Assembly: GCA_035509995.1 (NCBI GenBank)
Contig: DATKHZ010000234.1
Coordinates: 1 to 26,799 of the forward strand
From: Acidimicrobiales bacterium
GTDB lineage: Bacteria; Actinomycetota; Acidimicrobiia; Acidimicrobiales; Palsa-688
Length of the DNA: 26,799 nucleotides
Reading direction: 5' to 3'
How positions within the stretch are numbered: position 1 is the first letter of the stretch; every line of letters begins with the position of its first letter. Below the pieces are notes generated by a model. It searched no databases and was not told the DNA's origin. It was given only the letters and a program-made list of their open reading frames with translations. This document shows positions 25,620-26,799 of the stretch, piece after piece. The position numbers and the translations under genes were made by a program.

Positions 25620-25764
25620 GCGACGGGTTCTCGGTATGTTTTTCCGTATTTCTCGGTGTGATTCAGTGTTTCTTGGGGCCGATGAGTGGGATATTTGGGC
25701 TCGTTGCACGCCGAGATTGCCGCAAGCACGCCGAACAGCTGGAACCACACCGAGAACCCGTTGC
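25620..25764. repeat. 145-bp element with 19-bp inverted ends and five copies of a 9-bp motif
   Basis: GCGACGGGTTCTCGGTATG vs CACACCGAGAACCCGTTGC (17/19). Motif CA(C/T)(A/G)CCGA(G/A) occurs inverted at 25630 and 25652 and forward at 25707, 25727 and 25746. Confidence 0.8.
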
Positions 25765-25782
25765 CGCTCCGTTGCCGCTGCG

Positions 25783-25808
25783 AGCGTCTAGCGTCTAGCG
25801 TCTAGCGT
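25783..25808. repeat. Heptamer tandem repeat (AGCGTCT)x3.7
   Basis: AGCGTCT AGCGTCT AGCGTCT AGCGT, preceded by a 2x CGTTGCCGCT repeat at 25759-25779. Confidence 0.9.
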
Positions 25809-25904
25809 GACGGTGGCTTCTCCGACGTCTCCGATGTGATCGGCGGTTCTTGTGCGTAAACGTTTGTCTGGCTGCCCGTCGCCAAAGACGGGAGGACACC
25901 TGAG

Positions 25905-26237
25905 ATGACGGCCGAGGTCGCACCGCTGGCGGTCGAAGAACTGGTAAACGCTGGTGCCGTGGTCATCGACGTCCGGGAGCCGGACGAATGGTCTGCCGGC
26001 CACGCCCCCGAGGCGCGCCTCATCCCCATGGGCCAGGTCGAGGCGAGGTTGGACGAGATACCGCGAGAGGTGACCGCGGTGATCGTCTGTCGTTCGGGCG
26101 CCCGATCGAACACCGTCACGCATTTCCTCAACTCGCATGGCATCAACGCCCTCAACATGGCCGGAGGAATGAGCGCTTGGGAGAAGGCCGGCCTGCCCGT
26201 CGTGACCGACGCCGGCGACCCGGGCCGCATCATCTGA
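25905..26237 (+). CDS. Single-domain rhodanese-like protein
   Basis: VIDVREPDEWSAGH and active-site loop IVCRSGARS; GGAGG Shine-Dalgarno. Confidence 0.93.
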   Translation: MTAEVAPLAVEELVNAGAVVIDVREPDEWSAGHAPEARLIPMGQVEARLDEIPREVTAVIVCRSGARSNTVTHFLNSHGINALNMAGGMSAWEKAGLPVVTDAGDPGRII

Positions 26238-26299
26238 ACGAGCGTTTAGACCGCACCCCGGGGAATGCAATGGTTAGAAAAAACTGATTGTCTAATCCC

Positions 26300-26647
26300 T
26301 CAGAAAGTACCGAGGCTGCTCACGACTTCTTCGGGGCTCGCGCACCCGACGACCAGTGCGTCGAAGTTGGCGCCTTCGAGAGCCACTCTCACGCCTCGCC
26401 GCGTGTCGTGATGGACCGCTGCGAAAATCTTCCCGCCGCTCCCACGGAAGGTGCCGATGGCGAAACGGCCGGGAAAGGCTGCTCCGATTGTCTTGAGGCC
26501 GGGAACCGCATGGACCGCGTCATCGAGCACTTCCAGCTCTCGGACCGACGACACTGGGACCCGGATATCTCCGTGGACCGCCTCGGCTTTCTCGGCGACA
26601 CTGAGCGCCACTACCAGCTCATCGCCTTCACGTCTCAGCTCGGCCAT
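26300..26647 (-). CDS. Hypothetical protein (115 aa)
   Basis: Beta-rich composition (LVVALS..EKAEAVHGDIRVPVSSVR...GTFR...FAAVH); convergent with the rhodanese gene. No function assignable by eye. Confidence 0.75.
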   Translation of the reverse strand: MAELRREGDELVVALSVAEKAEAVHGDIRVPVSSVRELEVLDDAVHAVPGLKTIGAAFPGRFAIGTFRGSGGKIFAAVHHDTRRGVRVALEGANFDALVVGCASPEEVVSSLGTF

Positions 26648-26799
26648 CTTTCCGCCCTCCGCAGGCTTCTAGTCCATGTGGCCCAAAACCTATCAGGGCA
26701 CGCCGTCTCAACATGTCCGGGACAGCTAGCCCTAGCCGTTGCTACCGATTAGCTACTAACCTGCGCCGGTTGGCCTTCTAGGTCGGCCGGGATGCTCCG

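Noticed and set aside
25620-25808. CRISPR array
   Set aside because: The repeats are only 7-11 bp, there are no unique 30-40 bp spacers, and no cas genes are present.

Overview
A high-GC, actinobacterial-looking accessory region; the taxonomy is inferred only from GC and gene families. No rRNA, tRNA or CRISPR array was seen. The first ~2.5 kb looks like the relic of an integrative element: a 5'-truncated nucleotidyltransferase-like ORF, a low-GC secreted protein, a 78-nt hairpin and a collapsed tyrosine integrase. The rest is a mosaic of regulator/target modules: ECF42 sigma + DGPF/YciI with a matching promoter, TetR + GNAT, cupin-AraC + NmrA + SnoaL, and ArsR + two SRPBCC + YciI. These are mixed with secreted proteins (two paralogous six-bladed beta-propellers, a CMRxHG-repeat lipoprotein, an S53 peptidase-FN3) and two large STAND-type regulators. 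The most interesting locus is a 107-aa secreted protein with a duplicated 17-aa core, translationally coupled to a SARP/BTAD-dead cyclase-STAND-TPR protein; it may be a peptide/receptor signalling pair, which is a hypothesis only. Other unexplained structure includes a five-copy 9-bp motif array with inverted ends at 25.6-25.8 kb, AT-rich 22-bp repeats after a GGDEF relic, and several single-base frameshifts. All family calls come from motifs read by eye; no database search was run.
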